64,000 nt of DNA from an uncultured Acidobacteriota bacterium (GTDB taxonomy: Bacteria; Acidobacteriota; Terriglobia; Acidiferrales; UBA7541), in assembly GCA_963780935.1 (NCBI GenBank), contig CAWAEM010000004.1, positions 816,402-880,401 on the forward strand, written 5' to 3'. A model generated the notes under the pieces. The model made no database searches. It saw only the letters and a program-made list of their open reading frames with translations, and was not told the origin of the DNA. A program made the translations under genes and the position numbers. Numbering within the stretch: the first letter of the stretch is position 1; each line of letters begins with the position of its first letter. Positions 54,198-63,284 of this stretch are shown piece after piece.

Positions 54198-56864
54198 ATG
54201 GTCATCTCCGCGGGAAATACTTTCGGAACCAGCGACACGCTGCACGTCGGCGCGCAAAGCTTTGAAATTCGCCGTCTCGAACAGCTCGAGAAAAAGGGCG
54301 TGGGGCACCTGCAAAGACTGCCGTTTTCGCTGCGTATCCTGCTGGAAAATTTGCTGCGGTGTGAAGATGGCCGCTTCGTGCATCCTGCCGACATTGAAGC
54401 ATTGGCTTCCTGGAAGCCGAACTCCGCCGAAAAAGAAATTGCCTTCATGCCGGCGCGCGTGCTGCTGCAGGATTTTACCGGCGTCCCCGCGGTAGTGGAC
54501 TTGGCGACAATGCGCGAAGCGTTTACGCGCATGGGCGGAAATCCCAAGCGCATTAATCCCATTTTTCCCGCCGAATTGGTGATTGATCACTCCGTGCAGG
54601 TCGACAGTTTTGGGAACGTCAACGCATTTGGCCTGAACGCGGAGCTGGAATTTCAGCGGAACGTGGAACGCTACGCGTTTTTGCGCTGGGGCCAGACGGC
54701 GTTCCAGAATTTCAAAGTGGTGCCGCCGGACACGGGAATTTGTCATCAAGTGAATCTCGAATATCTGGCGCGCGTGGTTTGTGTAATGCCCTCGGGCAGC
54801 CGCTTTGAGGCGTTTCCCGATTCCGTGGTGGGCACCGATTCTCACACCACGATGATCAACGCGCTCGGCGTTTTCGGTTGGGGCGTAGGCGGAATTGAAG
54901 CCGAAGCCGCGATGCTTGGACAGCCTTCATCGATGCTGATTCCAGAAGTGGTGGGCTTCCGGCTGCACGGGAAATTGCGCGAAGGCGCGACCGCCACGGA
55001 CCTGGTGCTGACAGTGACGGAAATGCTGCGCAAAAAGGGCGTAGTCGGAAAATTTGTGGAATTTTACGGTTCGGGCCTATCCACTTTGAGCGTCCCAGAT
55101 CGCGCGACGATTGCCAATATGGCGCCGGAATATGGCGCAACCATGGGATTTTTCCCAGTGGATGCGGAAACTTTGTCCTATCTGCATTTCACGGCGCGCG
55201 CCCAGGAACAGATCGCGCTGGTGGAAGCTTATTGCAAAGAGCAGTCGCTTTTCCGCACGGATCAGACCCCGGATCCAATCTTCAGCGACACGCTGCAACT
55301 CGATTTAGAAAGCGTGGAGCCGACGCTGGCGGGGCCAAAACGCCCCCAAGATCGTGTGGCGCTGCATCAAGCGAAAGCGTCGTTTGTGAAAGTGCTCGAG
55401 GGTGCGCCGGCGAAACACGTTGCGGTGAAAAACAATGGCGACTCTTTCGACCTTTCCAGCGGATCCGTAGTGATTGCGGCCATCACCAGTTGCACGAATA
55501 CCTCGAATCCAACGCTGATGCTTGGCGCGGGATTATTGGCCAAAAAAGCGGTGGAACGCGGTTTGCGCAGCAAACCGTGGGTGAAAACCAGCCTCGCGCC
55601 AGGCTCGAAAGTGGTGACGGACTATCTGAAGGCTGCGGATCTTACAAAATATTTGGACGCGTTGAATTTTCAACTGGTCGGATACGGCTGCACCACGTGC
55701 ATCGGAAACAGCGGGCCGCTAGCGGAGAACATCGGTGCGGCCATTAAAGACAATAATCTGGTAGCGGTCGCGGTGCTCAGCGGAAACCGGAATTTTGAAG
55801 GGCGAATTCATCCGCTGGTGCGCGCGAACTATCTGGCGTCGCCGCCTTTGGTGGTGGCCTATGCGCTGGCGGGACGCATGGATGTGGATCTTACCAGCGA
55901 ATCCTTGGGAAACGGAAGCGATGGCCAGCCTGTATATTTGCGCGATATTTGGCCCACGCCGCAGGAAATTGAGAGCACCGTGCGCGCGTCGGTGACCAGC
56001 GAGCAATATCGCAAACAATATTCCGAAGTGTATGAAGGTGACGCGCATTGGAAGTCCATGCCCGTGCCCGAGGGCGACGTTTACCAATGGGATCCTAAAT
56101 CCACGTACATCAAGATGCCGCCGTATTTTGAAAACATGCCGAAAGAACCGGCCCCTTTGGCGGATATCCATGGCGCGCGAGTGCTGGCGATTCTGGGCGA
56201 CAGCGTGACCACCGACCATATTTCGCCCGCGGGATCCATCGCTGTGGATTCGCCGGCGGGAAAATATTTGATCGCCCATGGTGTGAAACCGCACGAATTT
56301 AATTCTTATGGAGCGCGCCGCGGAAATCATGAAGTAATGATGCGCGGAACTTTTGCGAATATCAGATTGCGCAATCAACTGGCGCCGGGCACGGAGGGCA
56401 GCTGGACTTTGCACTTGCCGGGTGGCGAGAAGATGTTCATTTACGATGCCTCGCTGAAATATCGCGAAGCGGGCGTGCCGTTGGTGGTGCTGGCCGGCAA
56501 GGAGTACGGCTCCGGGTCGTCGCGGGATTGGGCGGCGAAGGGTACGCGGCTGCTGGGCGTGCGGGCGGTGATCGCGGAGAGCTACGAACGCATCCATCGC
56601 AGCAATCTGGTGGGCATGGGCGTACTGCCACTGGAATTTTTGCCGGGAGAAAATCGCCAGTCGCTCGGACTGACGGGCCACGAAGTGTTTGAGGTTTCCG
56701 GCGTGGCCTCGCTGGCGCCGAAAAAGAAGGTCACTTTGAAGGCCACCGTGGCGGACGGAACGGCGAAAACGTTTTCAGCGATTGCCCGCGCCGATACGCC
56801 AGAAGAGGTTTTGTACTACAAGCACGGCGGGATTCTGCAATACGTCTTGCGGCAGATGCTGTAG
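54198..56864 (+). CDS. acnA: Aconitate hydratase A
   Basis: [69 protein letters not shown]; start moved to ATG 54198. Confidence 0.97.
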   Translation: MVISAGNTFGTSDTLHVGAQSFEIRRLEQLEKKGVGHLQRLPFSLRILLENLLRCEDGRFVHPADIEALASWKPNSAEKEIAFMPARVLLQDFTGVPAVVDLATMREAFTRMGGNPKRINPIFPAELVIDHSVQVDSFGNVNAFGLNAELEFQRNVERYAFLRWGQTAFQNFKVVPPDTGICHQVNLEYLARVVCVMPSGSRFEAFPDSVVGTDSHTTMINALGVFGWGVGGIEAEAAMLGQPSSMLIPEVVGFRLHGKLREGATATDLVLTVTEMLRKKGVVGKFVEFYGSGLSTLSVPDRATIANMAPEYGATMGFFPVDAETLSYLHFTARAQEQIALVEAYCKEQSLFRTDQTPDPIFSDTLQLDLESVEPTLAGPKRPQDRVALHQAKASFVKVLEGAPAKHVAVKNNGDSFDLSSGSVVIAAITSCTNTSNPTLMLGAGLLAKKAVERGLRSKPWVKTSLAPGSKVVTDYLKAADLTKYLDALNFQLVGYGCTTCIGNSGPLAENIGAAIKDNNLVAVAVLSGNRNFEGRIHPLVRANYLASPPLVVAYALAGRMDVDLTSESLGNGSDGQPVYLRDIWPTPQEIESTVRASVTSEQYRKQYSEVYEGDAHWKSMPVPEGDVYQWDPKSTYIKMPPYFENMPKEPAPLADIHGARVLAILGDSVTTDHISPAGSIAVDSPAGKYLIAHGVKPHEFNSYGARRGNHEVMMRGTFANIRLRNQLAPGTEGSWTLHLPGGEKMFIYDASLKYREAGVPLVVLAGKEYGSGSSRDWAAKGTRLLGVRAVIAESYERIHRSNLVGMGVLPLEFLPGENRQSLGLTGHEVFEVSGVASLAPKKKVTLKATVADGTAKTFSAIARADTPEEVLYYKHGGILQYVLRQML

Positions 56865-56930
56865 TCTGCCGCGTTCATCGCCTCGAATGTCCATTGCTTC
56901 GGCTTGAAATAAGGAGTGCTTGAACACGGG

Positions 56931-58409
56931 CTAAATGCGGCCCTGGCGTTTTTGCGCGAGGACCAAGCCGCGCGGTGTCGGTAGCAGCAGTACCGAGAGC
57001 AGGCCTTCCTGCTCCATCTTTAGTGCGGCGGCACGGACGGTATTCATCGATGAGCTGGCGTCGTGCATGACGATGATGCCAAAGGGGTTGATTTGCGGCA
57101 GGAAGCGCCGCACTTCCTGCTCGCGAATGGATGTTTCGCTGTCGCAAAATAGAAAATCGATGCGCCCAGAGACCGTCATCTCGAGGCTCGATTCGTTGCG
57201 GGCCTCGATCCACAGCGCTAGCTCCGATGCTTGAAAGCGTTCGCGTGCCGCAGCAAACACTTTTGCGTCATATTCGCAGGTGATAATTTTTCCTACGCCA
57301 TTTTCTCTCAGCCCGTCCGCGATGCGCAGCGTGCTGATACCGGAAAACGTGCCTGTTTCAACCACCAGTTCCGGCTTGAGCGTGATGACCAGCGCTTTCA
57401 AAAAATCCAGTACTTCTACTTCCGCGGTCATGGAATCGTACATGTGCCACCGTCCGGGATGCGGGCATTCGGGAGTTGCTTTGTGATATTCCGGCTGCAA
57501 AACGTCGCCGCGGGAATGGATGTGTTCTACGATGCGGTGTTCTTGCTTAAGCGCGTGGAATTGGCTTTTAAGACGCCAAAGAAGCACCGCGCCAACCAGG
57601 ATGGAAAGCAGGCTAGCGGCTTGCGCGTTACTCAGTCCGAAAAAGGAACGCGGATTGATGCGTAAAAACTCAACGAAAAAGCGCGCGAGTCCGGTGAGAA
57701 TCAAATAATTGCAGAAAATTTCGCCTTTGGCCTTCGGACCGCGCAAAGTCTTGCTTCCCATATGCCACAAGAATGCTGCGATGGCGATCCAGACGAAAAA
57801 CTCGTAAATCGGCGTGGGATGCACGGCGCAATTTGCCGGCCAGCCCCACTGCACGCAAGTTTCCGTGGTGGGCACAACGCCATTGGGAAAACTCATCCCC
57901 CACGGCAAATTTGTGGGGCGCCCGTAGTCGCCGTCGCCCGAGAGCAAGCAGCCGATACGCCCGATTGCGTAACCGACAGCGGCAGCCGGCGCGCAGATGT
58001 CGAAAAATTCCAGGAGCGGAACCTTGTAGTAGCGCGCGAGCAACACCAGCGCCAGAAAGCCGCCGATGAAGCCGCCGAACCAGGCGAAGCCGTAGCGCGT
58101 GAGCAGCATGGGCTTGGGATCCGCGAAGAATTCGCGCGGTGTTTCGAGCACGTGGTAGAAACGCGCACCCACCAACCCCGCGATTCCCGCGATGGTGACA
58201 ATCAGAAAACCTTCGTCTCGCGGCGGAGGCTCGAGTTGCGTGCTGGTTGATTTCCCCGATTTTTTCGATTTCTTTGGCGGTCGTACCGGGAAATTTCCGC
58301 GACGATTGATGTCGCTCTGCAGAATGTAGCCCGCGACCAGCACAGCCGTAGCCACCATTAATCCAAATGTGGGAATGGTCAGCGGGCCAAGATGCAGAAA
58401 GGGAATCAT
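56931..58409 (-). CDS. lgt: Lgt-family prolipoprotein diacylglyceryl transferase fused to a class I SAM (O-)methyltransferase
   Basis: N-terminal ~278 aa: GFAWFGG, IGRIGC, PWGMSFP, HPTPIYE, ARFFVEFLR; C-terminal ~190 aa: VVETGTFSGIST, ITCEYD, DFLFCDS, IVMHD; one open frame. Confidence 0.85.
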   Translation of the reverse strand: MIPFLHLGPLTIPTFGLMVATAVLVAGYILQSDINRRGNFPVRPPKKSKKSGKSTSTQLEPPPRDEGFLIVTIAGIAGLVGARFYHVLETPREFFADPKPMLLTRYGFAWFGGFIGGFLALVLLARYYKVPLLEFFDICAPAAAVGYAIGRIGCLLSGDGDYGRPTNLPWGMSFPNGVVPTTETCVQWGWPANCAVHPTPIYEFFVWIAIAAFLWHMGSKTLRGPKAKGEIFCNYLILTGLARFFVEFLRINPRSFFGLSNAQAASLLSILVGAVLLWRLKSQFHALKQEHRIVEHIHSRGDVLQPEYHKATPECPHPGRWHMYDSMTAEVEVLDFLKALVITLKPELVVETGTFSGISTLRIADGLRENGVGKIITCEYDAKVFAAARERFQASELALWIEARNESSLEMTVSGRIDFLFCDSETSIREQEVRRFLPQINPFGIIVMHDASSSMNTVRAAALKMEQEGLLSVLLLPTPRGLVLAQKRQGRI

Positions 58410-58627
58410 GAACAGGATTGAACCTAGGAAGTATACATGAAGGTTTCGTCCAACTCCGGCGCACGCGGAGCGCGGCCGGGGCGAAGCGAACGTACTAGAA
58501 CCGCCCCCCCCGGATGTTAACCGAGCGCCAGCCTTCTTGTAACAAAACAGCAACAATGCACGATTAGTTTGTAACCGGTCGCGGCAGCGTCCCCGCTGCA
58601 GTTCCGACACTCTTCATTTCCAAAAGG

Positions 58628-59962
58628 ATGGTCATGGCAATGATAAAAAAGGCCGCAGTTTTGGGTCTATTCGCGGCGGCACTGGCGCTCTCCGGCGCGG
58701 TACGCGCGCAAGAAGGCGCTGTCCCGAAAGGCGTTCCGCACCTGGACCACGTCTTCGTGATCATGATGGAGAATCACGGTTTCCATCAAATTCTTAACAA
58801 TCCCGATGCACCCTTCATCAACGAATTGGCAAATTCCGCAAACCTGGCGACCAATTATTTTGCCGTAGGCCATCCGAGCTCAACCAACTACTTGGAAACG
58901 GTAGGCGGATCGAATTTCGGGGTACGTTCCGACAACTATCCGGATTGGCATGATGCGAACTGCGTACCGAATTTAATCAGTGGATTCACGACCACCGATA
59001 ATCCTTCCAGTCCGCCCGTCTGCCCCATCGCCGGAAGCGGCGCGGACGCAGCCACGCCCGCGATTGATTGCACGAATGAAGTGCAGACCACGCCCCCGAA
59101 CTGTTACGACGACCTCGACGGCACGCTCTCCATCGCCTCCGCGCCGAAGACCGTCGGCAAATCGATTGCCGATCAACTGGCGGAGCGCGGCCGCGGCTGG
59201 CGAAGCTATCAGGAAAGCCTGCCTCCGGGCGGCGCGGATACAGTAAACATCAGCGACGGATTCTTCACGAACAACACGGATTTTACGTCGTACCTGCCCG
59301 GTTTCGCGTCATGGAGCATTCAGAACGTCACGATTCCCGCCGTACAGAACCAAACACAGGCGCAGAACGACATCGTCTATCTGTACGCGGTGAAGCACAA
59401 CCCCTTTGCCTACTTCAAGAGCGTGCAGGAAGACACCATTCCGGGCGGAGGCCTGCGCAATGTACGTGGATTTGACGGTCCAGAAGGCTTGTATGCCGAA
59501 TTAGCGTCGGGCGATGTACCGGCATTTTCGTTTATCGCGCCGAATCAGTGCAACGACCAGCACGGACGCGGCAATGCGGGCCCGTTCTGCAACTTCGATG
59601 CATCCGACAACGGCACGCAATCGGGGCTTAACGGGACGGAGATCTACCGCGGAGACGTAACGGTGCAGACGATCGTGAAAGCCATCAAAAAATCCCCGGC
59701 GTGGCGCGAAGGCAACAACGCACTCGTCGTCATGTGGGACGAAAACGATTACACCGCCACGCCAAACCAGGTCATGGTGATCGTGGACAAGAACTACGGC
59801 GACAAACACGTAAAGAGCAGCACCTTCTACACGCACTTCTCGCTGCTGCGCACCATCGAAGGCGGTCTCGGATTGCCGTGCTTGAACCATGCTTGCGATG
59901 CGAGCACCAGCACCATGACGGATCTGTTCCACCGTGGCGATGGAGACGGCGACGATAAGTAA
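58628..59962 (+). CDS. Secreted phosphoesterase (phospholipase C / acid phosphatase family)
   Basis: Signal peptide; DHVFVIMMENH, HPSSTNY, YAVKHNPF, PNQCNDQH, MWDE, YTHFSLLRTIE. Confidence 0.88.
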   Translation: MVMAMIKKAAVLGLFAAALALSGAVRAQEGAVPKGVPHLDHVFVIMMENHGFHQILNNPDAPFINELANSANLATNYFAVGHPSSTNYLETVGGSNFGVRSDNYPDWHDANCVPNLISGFTTTDNPSSPPVCPIAGSGADAATPAIDCTNEVQTTPPNCYDDLDGTLSIASAPKTVGKSIADQLAERGRGWRSYQESLPPGGADTVNISDGFFTNNTDFTSYLPGFASWSIQNVTIPAVQNQTQAQNDIVYLYAVKHNPFAYFKSVQEDTIPGGGLRNVRGFDGPEGLYAELASGDVPAFSFIAPNQCNDQHGRGNAGPFCNFDASDNGTQSGLNGTEIYRGDVTVQTIVKAIKKSPAWREGNNALVVMWDENDYTATPNQVMVIVDKNYGDKHVKSSTFYTHFSLLRTIEGGLGLPCLNHACDASTSTMTDLFHRGDGDGDDK

Positions 59963-59989
59963 AAGTTGAAATGCCTTGCTTGAACGAAG

Positions 59990-60027
59990 GAGGCTCGCAG
60001 CGGTAATCACTCCAGCGAGCCTCTTTT
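59990..60027 (+). terminator. Rho-independent terminator after the phosphoesterase
   Basis: GAGGCTCGC / GCGAGCCTC stem followed by TTTT. Confidence 0.7.
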
Positions 60028-60092
60028 CTCTTTGGCTTCAAATCCTCTGCTTCCCCATCCCCGCAGTTCTGAACTAAACTTTGCTTTGGATT

Positions 60093-60986
60093 ATGAAAAC
60101 CCAAAAGTACATCAAGGAAGCTGCGCGCCTGGCCTACGCTTACCGCATCACCAAAGGGAAGAAGTTTCGTTTGAAGGATTTTGACCCGGCGGACGTCGGT
60201 GACATCGAATCCAAAGACGAAGCCCACAAACTCCTGGAACACGGCACGCAACTTCTCGAGGTCTTGCAAGAAAAGTTGTGGGCCCAGCATAAATGGGCGG
60301 TGTTGATTATTTTGCAGGGCATGGACGCGGCGGGCAAAGACGGCGTTGTGGAACATGTCATGTCTGGCGTGAATCCGCAGGGCTGCGACGTGTGGTCGTT
60401 CAAGACGCCGAGCGTCGAGGAACTGAACCACGACTATCTTTGGCGCGCGCACCAACGCGTTCCGGGACGTGGACAAATTGGCATTTTCAATCGCTCTTAT
60501 TACGAGGAAGTGCTGGTGGTGCGCGTGCACCCGAAATTGCTGAGCGCGGAACACGCCAAACGCGTCAACCATCTCTGGCGGCAACGCTACGAAGATATCA
60601 ATGCATTTGAAACCTATTTGACGCACAACGGCGTGGTAGTGCTGAAATTTTTTCTTCACCTTTCCGAAGGCGAACAGAAAAAACGCTTTTTGGCGCGGAT
60701 CGATGACCCCCACAAAAGCTGGAAATTTTCCCGGGCCGATATCAAGGAGCGCGGCTACTGGAAGGATTACCAATTGGCATACGAAGAGATGATTCAGGGG
60801 ACCGCAACGAAGTGCGCGCCGTGGTACATCGCGCCCGCAGACAATAAATGGTACACCCGCGTAGTAGTGTCCGCCGCAATTGTCGACACGCTGGATAGTC
60901 TGAATCTGGAATTTCCTTCGCTCGACAAAGCCAAGAAGAAAGAGCTTGCGCAGGTGCGAAAATTACTGGTCAGCGATAAGTCGTGA
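60093..60986 (+). CDS. ppk2: Polyphosphate kinase 2 family phosphotransferase (class III-like)
   Basis: QGMDAAGKDG, SGVNPQG, FKTPS, FNRSYYEEVLVVRVH, WKFSRADIKER; start at ATG 60093. Confidence 0.92.
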   Translation: MKTQKYIKEAARLAYAYRITKGKKFRLKDFDPADVGDIESKDEAHKLLEHGTQLLEVLQEKLWAQHKWAVLIILQGMDAAGKDGVVEHVMSGVNPQGCDVWSFKTPSVEELNHDYLWRAHQRVPGRGQIGIFNRSYYEEVLVVRVHPKLLSAEHAKRVNHLWRQRYEDINAFETYLTHNGVVVLKFFLHLSEGEQKKRFLARIDDPHKSWKFSRADIKERGYWKDYQLAYEEMIQGTATKCAPWYIAPADNKWYTRVVVSAAIVDTLDSLNLEFPSLDKAKKKELAQVRKLLVSDKS

Positions 60987-61215
60987 AGAATGTCAAATTC
61001 GCTCTCGCAAAGCAGTCTCACGAGGGACTCGTCCGCGCTGGTTGCGAAGAGACATTTTCGAGAAATTTGTTGCCGCCGCCCTTTGCAGACATCGCGAACG
61101 CGAGAAGCAGCCTGTGGTGCGCGGCGAGTCTCGAAGCGGATAGTTCAGCGGGTTCCCCGCAATCGACCAAAGGCGTCAGCTTCTTTCGACGAGACAACCA
61201 TCAGGGATGACAAAA

Positions 61216-61416
61216 TCACAAGAAGAAGCTGTCATTTGCGGTACGACGCGAATTTTTTGTGAGGTGCCAGGCTTTGCACCATTCGCATCGATAGGCCCGA
61301 AGTTCTTTTGGCGCGCCGGTGGTGGCGATCTGGTGTGACGCGGTGGCCAACGCTCCGCCTTTGCTCGAATACTTGCGCTTGCCGCTAACCGGACATTTTT
61401 CTTGGTTCTCGAGCAC
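61216..61416 (-). CDS. Small Cys3His zinc-finger-like protein (66 aa)
   Basis: CPVSGKRKY...RAYRCEWCKAWHLTK; GTG start 48 bp downstream of the dehalogenase. Confidence 0.65.
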   Translation of the reverse strand: MLENQEKCPVSGKRKYSSKGGALATASHQIATTGAPKELRAYRCEWCKAWHLTKNSRRTANDSFFL

Positions 61417-61464
61417 GAGGCCTTACCCGTTGTTTCGAGCGGTTCACGGCTACAGCGGTTCACT

Positions 61465-62148
61465 TCAAGCCAGAACGATATCCGGAACTTCGCTCAGCGT
61501 CGCGATTTGCGCATCCGGCGTTTCCGGAATGCGTTCCGCAGATTGCCCAAAACGATTGCACCACAGCACGCGGAAGCCAAACGCTTTCGCCGAATATGCG
61601 TCCCAGCCATTCGAAGATAGGAAGCAGATCTGCTCGGCGCGCAAACTGAGCCGCTCGCACGCCAGCGCATAAACCCTGGGATGCGGCTTGTAGACCAGCA
61701 CTTCTTCCACCGACAAAATCGCATCAAGCATTCCGGCGATGCCCGCGCCCGTTGCGGCCGCTGCGAGCATGGCGGGAGTTCCGTTGGACAAAATCGCGAG
61801 CCTCAGGCCGCCATGCTTTAGGCGCTGCAAGGCCTCCGGCACTTCCGGATAGGCCTTCAGCGCGAGATACAAATCCATGAGCCGCGCGCGCAGCACGTCA
61901 TCTTCGAGCTGCAACGTTGCCATTGCAAAATCCAGCGCATCCCCAGTCACTCGCCAAAAATCTGCATGCCGACCGCCCAGGCCGCGCAGCCATGTGTATT
62001 GCAATTGCTTCGCGCGCCACAACTCCGCAAGCGGCTGCCATTTTTCTCCCAGCGCGTCCTGCGCGGAGCGCGCCGCGCTGTTCACGTCGAACAGCGTGCC
62101 GTACGCATCAAATACGCACGCCGCTATATTCCTGAGCTTTTCCGTCAT
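61465..62148 (-). CDS. Haloacid dehalogenase type II (2-haloalkanoic acid dehalogenase-like)
   Basis: FDAYGTLFDV, WRAKQLQYTW, ILSNGT, YKPHP, SSNGWD. Confidence 0.92.
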   Translation of the reverse strand: MTEKLRNIAACVFDAYGTLFDVNSAARSAQDALGEKWQPLAELWRAKQLQYTWLRGLGGRHADFWRVTGDALDFAMATLQLEDDVLRARLMDLYLALKAYPEVPEALQRLKHGGLRLAILSNGTPAMLAAAATGAGIAGMLDAILSVEEVLVYKPHPRVYALACERLSLRAEQICFLSSNGWDAYSAKAFGFRVLWCNRFGQSAERIPETPDAQIATLSEVPDIVLA

Positions 62149-62216
62149 CGACACCTTGTCTTCGGGGGCGGCGGCTAAACGCCGCCATACACCTGCGCCC
62201 GTCAGCGGCGATGCAG

Positions 62217-63281
62217 CTAAACGTAATGCGTGGATTCGCGCACCACAAGTTCAGCGGGCAGCCGCCGCCGCACCAACGTGACTTCGCGTTTTTCTTCCGC
62301 GGCGGCAATCGCTTCCATAATGATCCCGACGCTTAACGTGCCCATGGCTTCCATCGGCTGGCGGACCGTGGTGAGCGAGGGGATCGAAAGCCCGGCCTGA
62401 GCTACGTCGTCAAATCCAACCACTGAACACTCTTCGGGCACGCCGATACCTTTTTTGCGGAGTGCGCGCAGTGCGCCCAGCGCGGTCATATCGTCGTAGG
62501 CCAGCAACGCCGTAAACCGTTTCCCGTTGCGCAGAAGATCGGCCGTCAATTGGGCGCCAGCCTCGAAGCTCGAATTGGGATCGAGCGACTCCGGCAACTC
62601 CGCGATGCGTTTTGCATCAAGTTGCAGGCCAGCGCTTTGCGCGTACGCGCGAATGCCTTTCCAGCGCTGGCCGCTGCTGGCCAGCGTTTTTGGACCGCGA
62701 ATGAAAGCAATTTCGCGGTGGCCCAAGCGAAAAAGGTGATCAAGCGCAGCGGCCGCCCCGGCTTCATTGTCCGCAGAAACCGTGTTGGCAGTGTCGATGT
62801 CTATTTCACGGCCGACGATCACCGTAGGCACCTGACGGCGTGTGACATCCGCAAGCAGCTTGATGTCCATCACCAGCCAGTTGGCGATCACGATGAGCGC
62901 TTCGACACGACGGTCGAGCAACATTTCCAGGTAACGCTCGAAGCGGCGCGGTTCGTTGTGTGCGTCCGCCAGCAGCGAAAGCAGATTCCCTTGATAAAGA
63001 GAATTTTCGATGCCCCGCAAGATCGGCGTGCAGAAGGGATCGGTGATGTCGAAGAGCATCACCCCAACAATGTTCGACCGGCGGCTACGCAGCGAACGCG
63101 CCAGCGGATTCGGCCGGTAGCCGAGCCGCCGCGCCGCAGTCTCAATGCGCTGCTTGGTGTCGGCGGGGATGTAACGCGAAAGCGGCGCATTGTTCAGCAC
63201 GATGGAAACGGTGGACGCAGAGTAGCCGCTTTCGTGCGCGACGTCGCGGATGGTCATCACCGCGGACTTGGACATGCTCAA
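62217..63281 (-). CDS. LacI-family transcriptional regulator
   Basis: TIRDVAHESGYSASTVSIVLN, YRPNPLARSL, DDMTALGAL, VVGFDD, LTTVRQP, VVREST. Confidence 0.95.
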   Translation of the reverse strand: MSMSKSAVMTIRDVAHESGYSASTVSIVLNNAPLSRYIPADTKQRIETAARRLGYRPNPLARSLRSRRSNIVGVMLFDITDPFCTPILRGIENSLYQGNLLSLLADAHNEPRRFERYLEMLLDRRVEALIVIANWLVMDIKLLADVTRRQVPTVIVGREIDIDTANTVSADNEAGAAAALDHLFRLGHREIAFIRGPKTLASSGQRWKGIRAYAQSAGLQLDAKRIAELPESLDPNSSFEAGAQLTADLLRNGKRFTALLAYDDMTALGALRALRKKGIGVPEECSVVGFDDVAQAGLSIPSLTTVRQPMEAMGTLSVGIIMEAIAAAEEKREVTLVRRRLPAELVVRESTHYV

Positions 63282-63284
63282 ACC

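Noticed and set aside
58410-58610. N-terminal extension of the Lgt fusion
   Set aside because: Not Lgt-like; MIPFLHLGPLTI at 58409 is a typical Lgt start
60983-61262. Short plus-strand ORFs after ppk2 (75 and 90 aa)
   Set aside because: No motifs, no clear RBS, mutually overlapping; unsupported
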